A stretch of DNA of 64,000 bases from Candidatus Poribacteria bacterium (GTDB lineage Bacteria; Poribacteria; WGA-4E; WGA-3G): assembly GCA_965215265.1 (NCBI GenBank), contig OZ244048.1:3648001-3712000 (forward strand), given 5' to 3'. This document shows, in pieces, positions 28,201 through 36,854 of this stretch. The notes beneath the pieces were generated by a model. That model did not search any database and was not told the DNA's origin. It worked only from the letters and a program-made list of their open reading frames with translations. The position numbers and the translations under genes were made by a program. Each line of letters opens with the position of its first letter. Position 1 is the stretch's first letter.

Positions 28201-29981
28201 TTATTGGGGATACGAAGCAGCTGCCACCTACCAGTTTCTTTGACCATATCGTTGAAGACACCGATGAAGATGAAGACGACATGACTACCGCAATTGTTGA
28301 CGTGGAAAGCATTTTGCACCAGTGCAAACTGAGTTTTCCTACCAAAGCGTTGAGATGGCACTACCGCAGCCGCCATGAATCCTTAATCGCGGTGTCTAAT
28401 CAGGAATTCTATGATAACAATCTGCAAATCTTCCCATCACCAATTGATAGCGCAGCGCATCTCGGTTTGAAGTTTATTCATCTCCCAGATGCTGTCTACG
28501 ATCGAGGACGAAGTTCTGTTAATCGGAAAGAGGCACAGGCGGTTGTCCAGGCTGCATTTGAGCATTATCGCGAGTATCCAGATAAAAGCCTCGGTATCGG
28601 TACTTTTAACATCAAACAACAACAGGCAATCCTGGACGAGGTCGAGCGCCAACTCCGTCAGAATCCGGAGATGGAGGAGTACTTTGCGAGCAGCCGCGAT
28701 GAGCATTTCTTTGTTAAAAACCTGGAAACAATTCAGGGCGATGAACGGGATGCAATTTTCCTCAGTATCGGGTACGGTTTTGATCAAGACCGCCGCCTTC
28801 ATAAGAATTTTGGTCCCCTTAACCACGAGGGTGGCCAACGGCGCTTGAACGTTCTGATTACCCGCGCGCGTGAACGATGCGTCGTCTTTTCCAATTTCCG
28901 CGCGAGTGACCTGCAATTGGATGCGAATGCTCCTTCTGGTACACAGGCACTGAAGGTGTTCCTGGATTATGCCGAAAATAGAAATCTACAATCGGTGTTA
29001 CCGACAGGGGCGGATACCGATTCACCCTTTGAAGATGCCGTTTACGAATTCCTTACGAGCCACGGTTACACTGTCAGCAAACAAGTGGGATGTGCAGGTT
29101 ATCGGATTGACCTCGCAGTCGTTGATGCAAAGGCACCGGGGCGTTATCTACTCGGAATTGAGTGCGACGGCGCGCAGTATCACAGTTCGCCTGTTGCACG
29201 GGATAGGGATCGATTACGGCAGCAGGTATTGGAGGGCTTAGGCTGGACGCTGCATCGCATCTGGTCTACAGATTGGTATCGCAACCGGGCAGATACAGGA
29301 AAGCGGCTGTTAAAGGCAGTTGAACGTGCGAAGTTGAGCGAGATGACTGTCCCCATAAAACCGGCAGTACAGCCGACGAAACAAGAGCCGGTTAATCCCG
29401 CTTCAGATGAACCCACCGAACCTCCTGTGTATGAAGCGTGCCCAAAAGTACCCGATTATGTCGAGTGTACGGATCTTGGAATTCCGATAGACGGCGAATT
29501 ACACAAGAAAGATCCTGTCGAACTTGCCATAGCAATTACAAGAGTGGTGCGGATTGAGAGCCCAGTCCACACTGATGAGGCTGTGTCTCGCATCCGTTCT
29601 TTATGGGGCTTGAAGAAAGCAGGAAAACGGATTAAAGATGCGATTGAGAGCGGTGTAGCCGACGCACAGCGAAGCGGAACAGTTCGCCGCGAAGGAGAGT
29701 TTCTCTGGTGGGCTGTTGAAGAGTTGGAGATTCCTATGCGTAGGCGCGCAAAACCTCGTATTGAGTGGCTGTGCGACGAAGAAATCACCGAGGCGATGAG
29801 AATGGTCCTCACGTCACAGGGTGCAATTTCCCCGGATGCACTCATAACCGAAGCGGCAAAATTGTTCGGTTATAAATCAACTGGAACGAAGATTCCTAAG
29901 CGAATGAAGCCGTTATTGGATAAACTTATCCGCGATGGGATATTCCGGAAAGCAGCAAATAATATGATTAATTTACGTTGA
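25266..29981 (+). CDS. DUF4011 - SF1 (Upf1/Dna2-like) helicase - Vsr-like endonuclease - DUF3320 protein, Hhe-like anti-phage protein
   Basis: RLLDLTLHNRLLN (DUF4011), GPPGTGKSQT, FDEASQ, GDTKQLPP, HYRS, ETIQGDERD, RRLNVLITRAR, SPFE...YRIDL...IECDG..YH...RDRDRLRQQVLEGLGW. Confidence 0.9.
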   Translation: MQNGIEKQLQGARERLLDLTLHNRLLNFRPTQRRTIKVIDEIPNEVFDILVLHERVMQFKPSEQPAEDTESLFADEDIAALPWWDATEPEQHHIDRLLQTELTKEELQKRLYYIYQQARSVFEEQGYSVLYLALGYLEWTEDANAEQTNSAPLILIPVELERQKVRTRFSLRWSGAELFPNLSLQAKLSELSVELPILETPEDKTELDAYFQKVGEAVSEHENWRVVPHIYLDFFSFTKFVMYKDLEPEAWTVDSHPLLGTILGQTAGNSGAGDGFKPEEVDLGLPSQNVYHVMDADSSQIAVIEDIKSGKNLVVEGPPGTGKSQTITNIIAELLAAGKNVLFVSEKMAALEVVKSRLDKVGLGDFCLELHSHKSNKREVLNELQRTLSVQPLQEMPQEDVFAQIDNKKAELNAYVSAIQEPIGVTQKSPFTLFGIREAAHRHFEKAEKQMLHITFETDPTTCTPADWQTAVQRLENLAVILPRVMPLGEHPWRGCKPGTITPLVEREINTLIEACKTALNTLEVEIDSLTELCGICSPATLEDLSNALQAADVMAQARPVELQVLTNEAWNTSNDDAQRLIQTVEAGKKALKSAREKFTEAALKQDIAALLDEYKQLSGKFFLLRMLNSRYRSISREFRNCYLKTATSRNPTQISADFSKLANCIDLQQKIKRQEQTGRSLFGSEWRGEESDLERLTEFSEWIVKFRQQLLSGVFTERAVEIASTGISEEQVQVHIKALQTALNDFVTQRDALLNLLGTDIHTLFGIEAEKLTFTELRARLEEWQEKRDALHYWAQFVTRRDVCRDSTASSLLERIAEIAPEDLVQCFEGNLADALLHNAFLERSALGNFVQDSHEKKIEDFYKLDSECIKLNQQRLAYELYQSQPRLMNGASPDSEIGILQGQFNRKRGHLPIRKLLSVAGSLIQKIKPCFMMSPLSVAQFCDPAIVNFDVIVFDEASQIRPEDALGTLLRGKQAVVIGDTKQLPPTSFFDHIVEDTDEDEDDMTTAIVDVESILHQCKLSFPTKALRWHYRSRHESLIAVSNQEFYDNNLQIFPSPIDSAAHLGLKFIHLPDAVYDRGRSSVNRKEAQAVVQAAFEHYREYPDKSLGIGTFNIKQQQAILDEVERQLRQNPEMEEYFASSRDEHFFVKNLETIQGDERDAIFLSIGYGFDQDRRLHKNFGPLNHEGGQRRLNVLITRARERCVVFSNFRASDLQLDANAPSGTQALKVFLDYAENRNLQSVLPTGADTDSPFEDAVYEFLTSHGYTVSKQVGCAGYRIDLAVVDAKAPGRYLLGIECDGAQYHSSPVARDRDRLRQQVLEGLGWTLHRIWSTDWYRNRADTGKRLLKAVERAKLSEMTVPIKPAVQPTKQEPVNPASDEPTEPPVYEACPKVPDYVECTDLGIPIDGELHKKDPVELAIAITRVVRIESPVHTDEAVSRIRSLWGLKKAGKRIKDAIESGVADAQRSGTVRREGEFLWWAVEELEIPMRRRAKPRIEWLCDEEITEAMRMVLTSQGAISPDALITEAAKLFGYKSTGTKIPKRMKPLLDKLIRDGIFRKAANNMINLR

Positions 29982-30003
29982 AGGTGCCCGGGGGCACCTT
30001 CAA
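29978..30003. terminator. Hairpin between convergent genes, probable bidirectional terminator
   Basis: TTGAAGGTGCCC-GG-GGGCACCTTCAA inverted repeat. Confidence 0.7.
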
Positions 30004-30007
30004 AGGT

Positions 30008-30856
30008 TTAGCGAGCGACTGCCTCAGCTCCGAGATGTTCTTGGATCCATGAGCGAAGGGGGACATCCTTTTCACCGGGTGAGGTATACCCCATGCCACC
30101 TGTGCTTTTACCCAGAATTTGCTGCCGAATCGGATCTGACCGTTCCATAAAGTGTTCCACCGTCATGTTATCGCGCGGTTGCAACCACCGGTAGCTATAT
30201 CCGTAAAATAGGACTTTGCGCGTGATGTCGGAGGTATTGCGTCCGGCTGCATGCCACAGCCGCCGGTCGAAGAAGACAGCGGTTCCCGGCTTCGCGAAGA
30301 CAGGAGTTGCATTCTCCGGATCTGCGGTGTTTTCCGTGGGCATTTCCAAGGTATTCCATTTCTGACTCCCCGGAATCACAGAGAAATTGCCACGTCCGGG
30401 CACAGACGTATCGGTGAGAAAATACGCAACCTTCAGTGAGACTCGGGGACGCGGAGTACCCTCTAATTCAATGTTCAACCGGCCGCTATCTTGGTGCCAG
30501 CCAAGCCGTTTCGATTTTTTACGTTCTTTACTGGGAAGCGGAGGTAGCACAATCAGATGTGAATGATAAAGTTTGATATTCCACCCCAAAATTCCCCAGA
30601 CTTTCGGAAAAGTGGTATGCCAATCCAGCAGCTCTATGAAGTTTTCATCCTTACCTACGAAGTCGAGGAGGTTGAACCGTGCGTCGGCCGGGAGTTTCTT
30701 TGTGCCTAAGTGTTCGGCACCAACCCGGTCAACGGCGGCTATTAATTTCTCAACCATGTCTTGTGGAATAGCATCCTCGACTGCAAAGAAACCGTTCTCT
30801 TCAAATTGCTGCTTTTCGGTATCTGTTAAACAGTGCTCTAAACATAGTGGGTTCAT
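30008..30856 (-). CDS. Phytanoyl-CoA dioxygenase (PhyH) family Fe(II)/2-oxoglutarate dioxygenase
   Basis: QFEENGF, WHQD, VIPGSQ, PGTAVFFDRRLWHAAG, RKVLFYGY. Confidence 0.92.
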   Translation of the reverse strand: MNPLCLEHCLTDTEKQQFEENGFFAVEDAIPQDMVEKLIAAVDRVGAEHLGTKKLPADARFNLLDFVGKDENFIELLDWHTTFPKVWGILGWNIKLYHSHLIVLPPLPSKERKKSKRLGWHQDSGRLNIELEGTPRPRVSLKVAYFLTDTSVPGRGNFSVIPGSQKWNTLEMPTENTADPENATPVFAKPGTAVFFDRRLWHAAGRNTSDITRKVLFYGYSYRWLQPRDNMTVEHFMERSDPIRQQILGKSTGGMGYTSPGEKDVPLRSWIQEHLGAEAVAR

Positions 30857-31022
30857 GATATGCTTCTCCAATAGGCGCGCTGTTCAAGCGCACACAAATT
30901 TCTCGTCGATTAAAGTGTTAGGGCCGGCGAATCAACGCTACGAATGCGAGTATAGCATTCAGTGGGCGTGAAAACTCTTGTCCCCATCTCGCCAGAGCCG
31001 TTTTAACCCTATCTTCATTAAT

Positions 31023-32102
31023 TTATCCGGAAATTGAATTTTCGTCAAGACTTGTTTTACGGTATTTCTCGAGTTCTTTCAGGCGTTTACCAGCACGCCA
31101 ACTCCGCCAAAAGTTTACAGATGCACTAAAAAGGAATCCAACACCGATGATGCTAACCCCTATGCCGCCAAACGCGAATTCTGGGAACGTTATAATTACA
31201 TAGATGCCACCCCCGATAAGCCCACCGGCAATAATACTATCTTTGAGGCTGCGACGTTGCGCTCGTTTGTGGATGAGGTTTAGGTTCCGGCGTTTCTGTT
31301 CTATGACGTACTTTGTGAGTGGCTCTATTGGAATATGGACTGCATATTTTTGTTCTGGTGGTAGCGGTTGCACACACCGGAACCCAATGTTATCTGCTTT
31401 ATAATATGGTGGGGCATGTAACCGGTTCGCACACCGAAAATAACGTTTGGCTGTGCCGTCGCGTGCTTCTAACCATGAGCCGCCGCGCAGCGTTTTATGT
31501 GCGTTACCGGCTCTGTTTCCGGATGTGATTTGATTGGCATTTACGTAGGGCTCATACCTATCTGCTGTCCACTCCCATACATTTCCGGCTGCTTCCTGTA
31601 CACCATAAGGACTCTCTGCTGCTGGCCGGCTTCCGACAGGCGTAAGATGGCTTGTCAAAATCTGTGCGAATTTCGTTCCACTCGGTAACATGAATGTATT
31701 ACCCCACGGATATAGGCGCCCATCTGCTCCCCGACAGGCTTTCTCCCATTCCGCTTCTGTCGGTAAACGTTTGTCTGCCCAGTGCGCATACGCGTTGCTA
31801 TCATACCAACTAACTTGGACAACCGGTAGGTTCGCTGCATCTGGTGCGTAACGATCGTTTTTCCAATGTGCTGGCGGGGTATGGTTCGTCTCTTGGACAA
31901 AAATGGCATATTCGGCATTTGTCACCGGATACCGTTCAATGCGATAAGCCTCCAAAAAGCGGACGTGCATCGGTGCTTCATCCTGTTTCGCATGTTCTGA
32001 GTTGGCCAAGGCGGTGCCGTAGAAAGACTCAATGTCCGTGCCCATGATAAATGCACCTGGTGGAATCAGGATAGTATTGGAGGATATTTGCTTTTGATTC
32101 AT
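31023..32102 (-). CDS. FGE-sulfatase (SUMF1-like) domain protein with two C-terminal TM helices
   Basis: PVTNAEY, PVVQVSW, RLPTEAEWEKACRG, GNVWEW, RGGSW, IGFRC; lacks the CxxxxC pair of true FGE. Confidence 0.88.
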   Translation of the reverse strand: MNQKQISSNTILIPPGAFIMGTDIESFYGTALANSEHAKQDEAPMHVRFLEAYRIERYPVTNAEYAIFVQETNHTPPAHWKNDRYAPDAANLPVVQVSWYDSNAYAHWADKRLPTEAEWEKACRGADGRLYPWGNTFMLPSGTKFAQILTSHLTPVGSRPAAESPYGVQEAAGNVWEWTADRYEPYVNANQITSGNRAGNAHKTLRGGSWLEARDGTAKRYFRCANRLHAPPYYKADNIGFRCVQPLPPEQKYAVHIPIEPLTKYVIEQKRRNLNLIHKRAQRRSLKDSIIAGGLIGGGIYVIITFPEFAFGGIGVSIIGVGFLFSASVNFWRSWRAGKRLKELEKYRKTSLDENSISG

Positions 32103-32184
32103 TTTTTGTTGATTAAAGCAGTGAGAACAGGTGGATGTAAAGCATCTGGTGCCCATCTCGTCCGCGACACTGTGACCGTCTCCT

Positions 32185-32961
32185 TTAGAAATTCCACGTG
32201 TCTGTAGCGTACTTAGTTCTCGCTAACGTCTCTGCTTGTTCATATTCAGCAGTCGATAATTTTGCTAAGCGAAACGTGAATATAGGCTGAAAAGTTTCAC
32301 AAATCGCTTGGATCAACGTGCTTCTGCTCATAGAATGTCCATCAGTATTGATGGCGGTTGACTTTTCGCATATCAGATGTTGAACGTCCGGATCTTTTGA
32401 GACATGTGCCAAGATAGTAGGCGGCGGCATTTCTAAGGAGATGTACCCTTGAAACAACATCCCGTTCCGATTGCGTCGCACAGAGACTCCGGAGACCTTT
32501 TTGTGATTGAGTATCACGTCGTGTCGCACAGGATTTGCTAAACAGATATTCCGGGTATCAGTATCCGGGCAGCCAACATGACGTTGCACGGGAATGCCAC
32601 ACTTCTCAAATGCCGCTACAAGACGTTCTGCAATATGAAGATATATCTCAGAAACATCCATATCACCAGGGCGGCGCGGGACAATCAGTGAGTAAGTTAA
32701 ATCCCAGCCATGCACAACAGTACCGCCGCCCGTCATGCGTCTCACCAATTCGATTCCCGCTATACGGCAAGAATCCACATCAACTTCCTCGCGAATCTTC
32801 TGAAAGTAGCCAAAGCTGAAAGCAGGAGGCATCCAGCCATAAAATCGCAGCATTGGACAAGGCTCTTCTTTTTGCGACAATAGCAGTACCTCATCAATTG
32901 CCATGTTCATTGCTGCGCTGTTTTTCGCTATATTTATCCCCCGTTTGATTGCGGGAATCAT
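32185..32961 (-). CDS. Lipoate-protein ligase A / LipM-type octanoyltransferase
   Basis: NMAIDE, LRFYGW, VRRMTGGGTVVH, KKVSG, KYATDTWN. Confidence 0.9.
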   Translation of the reverse strand: MIPAIKRGINIAKNSAAMNMAIDEVLLLSQKEEPCPMLRFYGWMPPAFSFGYFQKIREEVDVDSCRIAGIELVRRMTGGGTVVHGWDLTYSLIVPRRPGDMDVSEIYLHIAERLVAAFEKCGIPVQRHVGCPDTDTRNICLANPVRHDVILNHKKVSGVSVRRNRNGMLFQGYISLEMPPPTILAHVSKDPDVQHLICEKSTAINTDGHSMSRSTLIQAICETFQPIFTFRLAKLSTAEYEQAETLARTKYATDTWNF

Positions 32962-33590
32962 GATAACGCGACTCGGCAGACTGCCCCGGTATGTGCATCG
33001 CAGTACCAGAAGTAGCCATCCCAGTATGTCATACCGTGCGGTTCTGGGTGCGGTTCCGGAATCTCAATTCTGTTTAAATGGCTACCATCTTTTGGACTAA
33101 GATGGAAGATGGCACGATGATTTGTCTCAACACACCAGAGATCGTCGCCCACCCATGCGATGCCGTGCGGCCTGTCCCCAGGGGCAGGAAATGTATGAAT
33201 AACCGTGAAATCATCAGCAACATCCACTTGATAGATAGTCGCAGACGGCGGAACTGCCATCCAGAGTTTATCGTCGCGCCATTCTAACCCGTGTGCACCG
33301 GTTTGCCCCGCACCCGGTGTTTCGTAAGAGGCAATCGTCTGACCGCTTTCTGGGTCAGTAGACAGAATTTCGCAACTATAGGTTGAGGCTAACCAGAGCG
33401 TCGTGCCTGTATCTGTAATGCCGCTCCCTCTATCGGAACCGGTGGCGAGTGTTTTTTGGACCACACCGTCATAGGATACGAGATGTACTTCGTTGGTCTG
33501 TTGGTCGAGAATCCAGAGCCCCGCTTCAGTCGCTTGCATTCCGTTGGGTTGGGGACCTGGAGCATCAAAAATCTTTTCAATTGTTGACAT
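32958..33590 (-). CDS. Beta-propeller repeat protein (glutamine cyclotransferase/Vgb-like)
   Basis: Five repeats of P(N/H)G(M/I/L)xW....LW; start reassigned to MSTIEK. Confidence 0.75.
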   Translation of the reverse strand: MSTIEKIFDAPGPQPNGMQATEAGLWILDQQTNEVHLVSYDGVVQKTLATGSDRGSGITDTGTTLWLASTYSCEILSTDPESGQTIASYETPGAGQTGAHGLEWRDDKLWMAVPPSATIYQVDVADDFTVIHTFPAPGDRPHGIAWVGDDLWCVETNHRAIFHLSPKDGSHLNRIEIPEPHPEPHGMTYWDGYFWYCDAHTGAVCRVALS

Positions 33591-33663
33591 GAGAAACCTC
33601 CGTATCTGCACGTTAGCGTGTTACAAGTCGCAAACTTCAGAAACAGATCTGATTTGGGGTTTC

Positions 33664-33692
33664 ATTGTACGCTATCTTGTTCGAGGTGTCAA
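33664..33692 (-). promoter_or_regulatory. Sigma70-type promoter
   Basis: TTGACA-17 bp-TACAAT on minus strand. Confidence 0.7.
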
Positions 33693-33798
33693 GTTTTTTT
33701 ACTGTCTGAGTCAGGATTTACATGATTAGAGGGTTTGCAGGATTTCTTCACGCGATGCCCACTCAAGGCTGCGAGGCAGTCGTTAGTTTTTGGAGCAT

Positions 33799-34218
33799 CT
33801 ATGTGTCGCGCCCGCTGCATTTTACTAGAATTTGCATAAGGCTCATGATTTGCTCTGTACTGTCGTTATCAATTAAAGAAATGAGTCGGAATTTGCTTTT
33901 GTACTGAATTCGTCGATATATGGCATCTGCCAAGTGGGTTTGGGAATATGGCGTTTCGTGAAGACGTTTTCCAATCAATCGTTTGTAAGAAATCCTTGTA
34001 CGATTCATCAAGGGCAAGGTAAATAGCAGGAAGGTGAAATATATGAGCAGCTCGAAACAGACTTGTTGAATGTGAGACGTTTCATTTAGCGGTACAGGTG
34101 AGAAGATAGCGAGGATAATGCTACTTACAATAACCGCAAGGAGCGCACGCCACACGAATGTTCTCGCTCGAAGCTTTTCAAACGGAGTTATGTCGAGGGA
34201 CGTATTCATGAGCATCAT
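33799..34218 (-). pseudogene. Truncated membrane protein, possibly the N-terminus of a CAAX/CPBP protease
   Basis: PFEKLRARTFV followed by two TM helices, then degenerate sequence with no EExxxR motif. Confidence 0.45.
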
Positions 34219-34251
34219 TCTGCGTCGGAAGCAGGAGATTTCAGCGTGAAG

Positions 34252-34294
34252 CCTGATTGTTAGCCTAGCGCCTGCACTAGGTCTAACAATCAGG
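34252..34294. terminator. Long inverted repeat downstream of the S66 peptidase
   Basis: CCTGATTGTTAG-CCTAG ... CTAGG-T-CTAACAATCAGG, 17-bp stem with one bulge. Confidence 0.65.
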
Positions 34295-34334
34295 TAGTTC
34301 CGCCGGGCAAGACAGGACTAGTCGTTGATTTCAA

Positions 34335-35384
34335 CTAAGGTGTAACTGCCGATTCGGCAATGGTAATTTGCCGCACGAACGAGTCAATCCGAACGCGCAA
34401 GCCTAAGGGTATGACGAACATCGGATCGGTGTGGCCAAAATCCATATTTGTGACGATCGGCATGCTGTGTAACCGATATTCTTCCCTAACTGTATTGCAA
34501 AGCACGTCCTCATATTCGACAAAAACTTCCGGCTTAACCGGACCGCCCGGTCTTCCGAGCAAAATGCCGCTGAGTTTTTCAAGAACATTCATCGCGGCGA
34601 GACATCGGATGAACCGTGTCAACATGGAGGGAGGTGGTGCTTCCTCAGAGGTTTCAAGTGAAAGTACTGCTCCTTGAAGAGATTCAGTAGGAGGCCAATA
34701 CGAAGTTCCGCGGAGCCAGTCTAATACTTCAACACATCCTCCAAAAAGCTGCCCTTCAACGATGCCATCATTTTGATGAAATTTCCAACCTGTACAGGGT
34801 TTCATTTTTCGTTTAATTGACTGATTTGCCGGTTCTGCCCAATCCAGATGCTCTACCGTCCATCCGGTTCGGTTAGGTTCTATAATCCCAATCGGCTCAT
34901 CGGAAAACAAGGTCCGGCGGACCGAATCCACCATGTACGGAAACATTCCTGTATTTTCAGCAAAACCAGCCATAATTGAAGGGCCATAGAATGAAACGAG
35001 CCCTGCTTTAAAACAGGCGGCGTGCGATATAGTAGTATCCGAATATCCCATGAAGACCTTCGGATTATCTCTGAGGACATCTAAATTAAGATAGGGTAGG
35101 ATGCGGATGGAATCCTCTCCGCCAATAGTAGATATGATTCCGTTGATGGAATCATCAGCAAAGGCGGCCATCAAATCCTCAGCACGGGCTTTCGGGTTCT
35201 TGGAGAGCCAATCCGGATCTCGCAACGCATGCTTGGTTTCAATAACGGTTACGTCGAATCCTTCCTCAAGTTGTCTTTTCCCAGCTTCATAGCGACGTGG
35301 AAACTTTCCTGCACCGCCCCACGACAATGAAATTGCAGCGATGCGATCTCCAGGGTGCAACATTTTTGGTTTAATCATGTTCAT
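34335..35384 (-). CDS. S66 family peptidase (LD-carboxypeptidase / MccF-like)
   Basis: STIGGEDS, FMGYSDTT (catalytic Ser), LETSEE, DFGHTDP. Confidence 0.92.
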   Translation of the reverse strand: MNMIKPKMLHPGDRIAAISLSWGGAGKFPRRYEAGKRQLEEGFDVTVIETKHALRDPDWLSKNPKARAEDLMAAFADDSINGIISTIGGEDSIRILPYLNLDVLRDNPKVFMGYSDTTISHAACFKAGLVSFYGPSIMAGFAENTGMFPYMVDSVRRTLFSDEPIGIIEPNRTGWTVEHLDWAEPANQSIKRKMKPCTGWKFHQNDGIVEGQLFGGCVEVLDWLRGTSYWPPTESLQGAVLSLETSEEAPPPSMLTRFIRCLAAMNVLEKLSGILLGRPGGPVKPEVFVEYEDVLCNTVREEYRLHSMPIVTNMDFGHTDPMFVIPLGLRVRIDSFVRQITIAESAVTP

Positions 35385-35404
35385 TTGAATAGAAACCTAA
35401 AATT

Positions 35405-35428
35405 AGGCGGGACAAGACTGTCCCGCCT
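35405..35428. terminator. Hairpin downstream of the ABC substrate-binding gene
   Basis: AGGCGGGACA-AGAC-TGTCCCGCCT. Confidence 0.6.
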
Positions 35429-35438
35429 GAAAGAAGCG

Positions 35439-36640
35439 TTACGGTGACACCACCTGGTGCAATCGCATCTCACCGTTTGTGATAGTAGTGATGACACCGC
35501 TCTTAATCGGCTGACGTTTTTCGTTGTAATGCGACAGTTTTGCTGCCCCGTTGTAGTCCAGCGTCGCTGCGAGTTGGTTGCGAATTGCACTTGTCGTCAA
35601 ACTATCTGCACGCTGCATCGCCTGGACCAAAATCCTAACCGCATCGTAACCGAGCGAGGCAGGGCCATCAGGCGGTATTCCAAACATTTCTGTGTAAGCC
35701 ATCACAAAATGACTTGCCTCTTCATTCTGTGCTGCAAAATGATTAACAAAGAAACTTCCTTCAAGTGCAGCACCACCGGTCGGAATTAACTCAGGACTGT
35801 CCCAACCGTCACCACCGATAAAAGTTGCTGTAATACCAGCTTCTCTTGCCTGTTTAACCACTAACGGAACCTCTGGGACGAAGCCGGGCAGAAAGACGAC
35901 ATCTGGTGACATAGCAGCAATCTCGGTTAATTGTGCTGTGAAATTGACGCTGCCAGCGGTGTAAAATTGTTGCAGCACTTCAACGCCTGCAGCAGATTCA
36001 AGAAAGTTCCCAATGAAGAATTGGGATAATCCCACCGAATATGCATTGTCGTTTTGAGTCAGGATGTAAGCACTCGTTGCAGATAAGGATTCAACGGCAA
36101 ACCGAGCGATTAATTCGCCCTGGTAGTTATCAGTGAACGCACCCATAAATACAAAGTCACCTGCATCAGGGACAGTGGGATTAGTAGGATAAGTTGTCAC
36201 CATAGGTATCTTAGCAGCTTGGACAACGGGGCCGACCTCTAGAGCATGCGGTGACCAGTCAGGCCCGACGATGCCTAATACACCCTCGGCAATCAACTTT
36301 TGTGCTAATTCAACGCTGCGTTGTGTATCGTTTGTGTCGTCTTTCGGATGAGCACGATCGGCATCCCATCTACACCGCCGGTGTCGTTCAATTCACTCAC
36401 CGCTAATTGTGCCCCGTTTAACGTCGTCCCTGGGATAGGTGTTGAATAGAGGAATCCAATTTTGATCGCCTTGTTGCTCTCATGAATTGGCACACTTTCT
36501 GGGTCTGCAGGAAGAACAGTTTGTTGAAGGCGCTCACAACCAGAAAACATGATAGATATGAGCAAAATTGATGCTAAGAATCCATAAACTGTTATGGTAC
36601 TGATTACAGTTTGATGATGGTTTTTGTTTCGATTATTCAT
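35439..36640 (-). pseudogene. Branched-chain amino acid (LivJ-like) ABC substrate-binding lipoprotein, split by a 1-bp deletion near 36345 (or sequencing error)
   Basis: Lipobox FSGC and IKIG...NGAQLAV.ELN..GG in the first ORF; the alternative frame continues KDDTNDTQRSVELAQKLIAEG into the second ORF; adding 1 nt gives 400 aa. Confidence 0.85.
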
Positions 36641-36854
36641 AAAAAAATTCCTTTTGAAGTCTGTTTTTATATTCGATTTGTGAATTTCCATTGCTACATT
36701 TGCTTAGGTAATTCCCTCAATCGTCACCTTGTGAATCACATTTCCAAGGTGACCTTTAGGGTTCCACAGTTAGTTGAAGCACTGCGTACTCCATTTATCG
36801 TCATAAGCCCGATTATGATTTTTTGCTTTCATCATAATGTCCCCGAATATCAGT

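Noticed and set aside
31023-32102. Diversity-generating retroelement target, or true formylglycine-generating enzyme
   Set aside because: No reverse transcriptase or template repeat in the window, and the catalytic CxxxxC pair of FGE is missing
34335-35384. Microcin C biosynthesis/immunity cluster
   Set aside because: Only an S66 peptidase is present, with no mccA/mccB or exporter nearby
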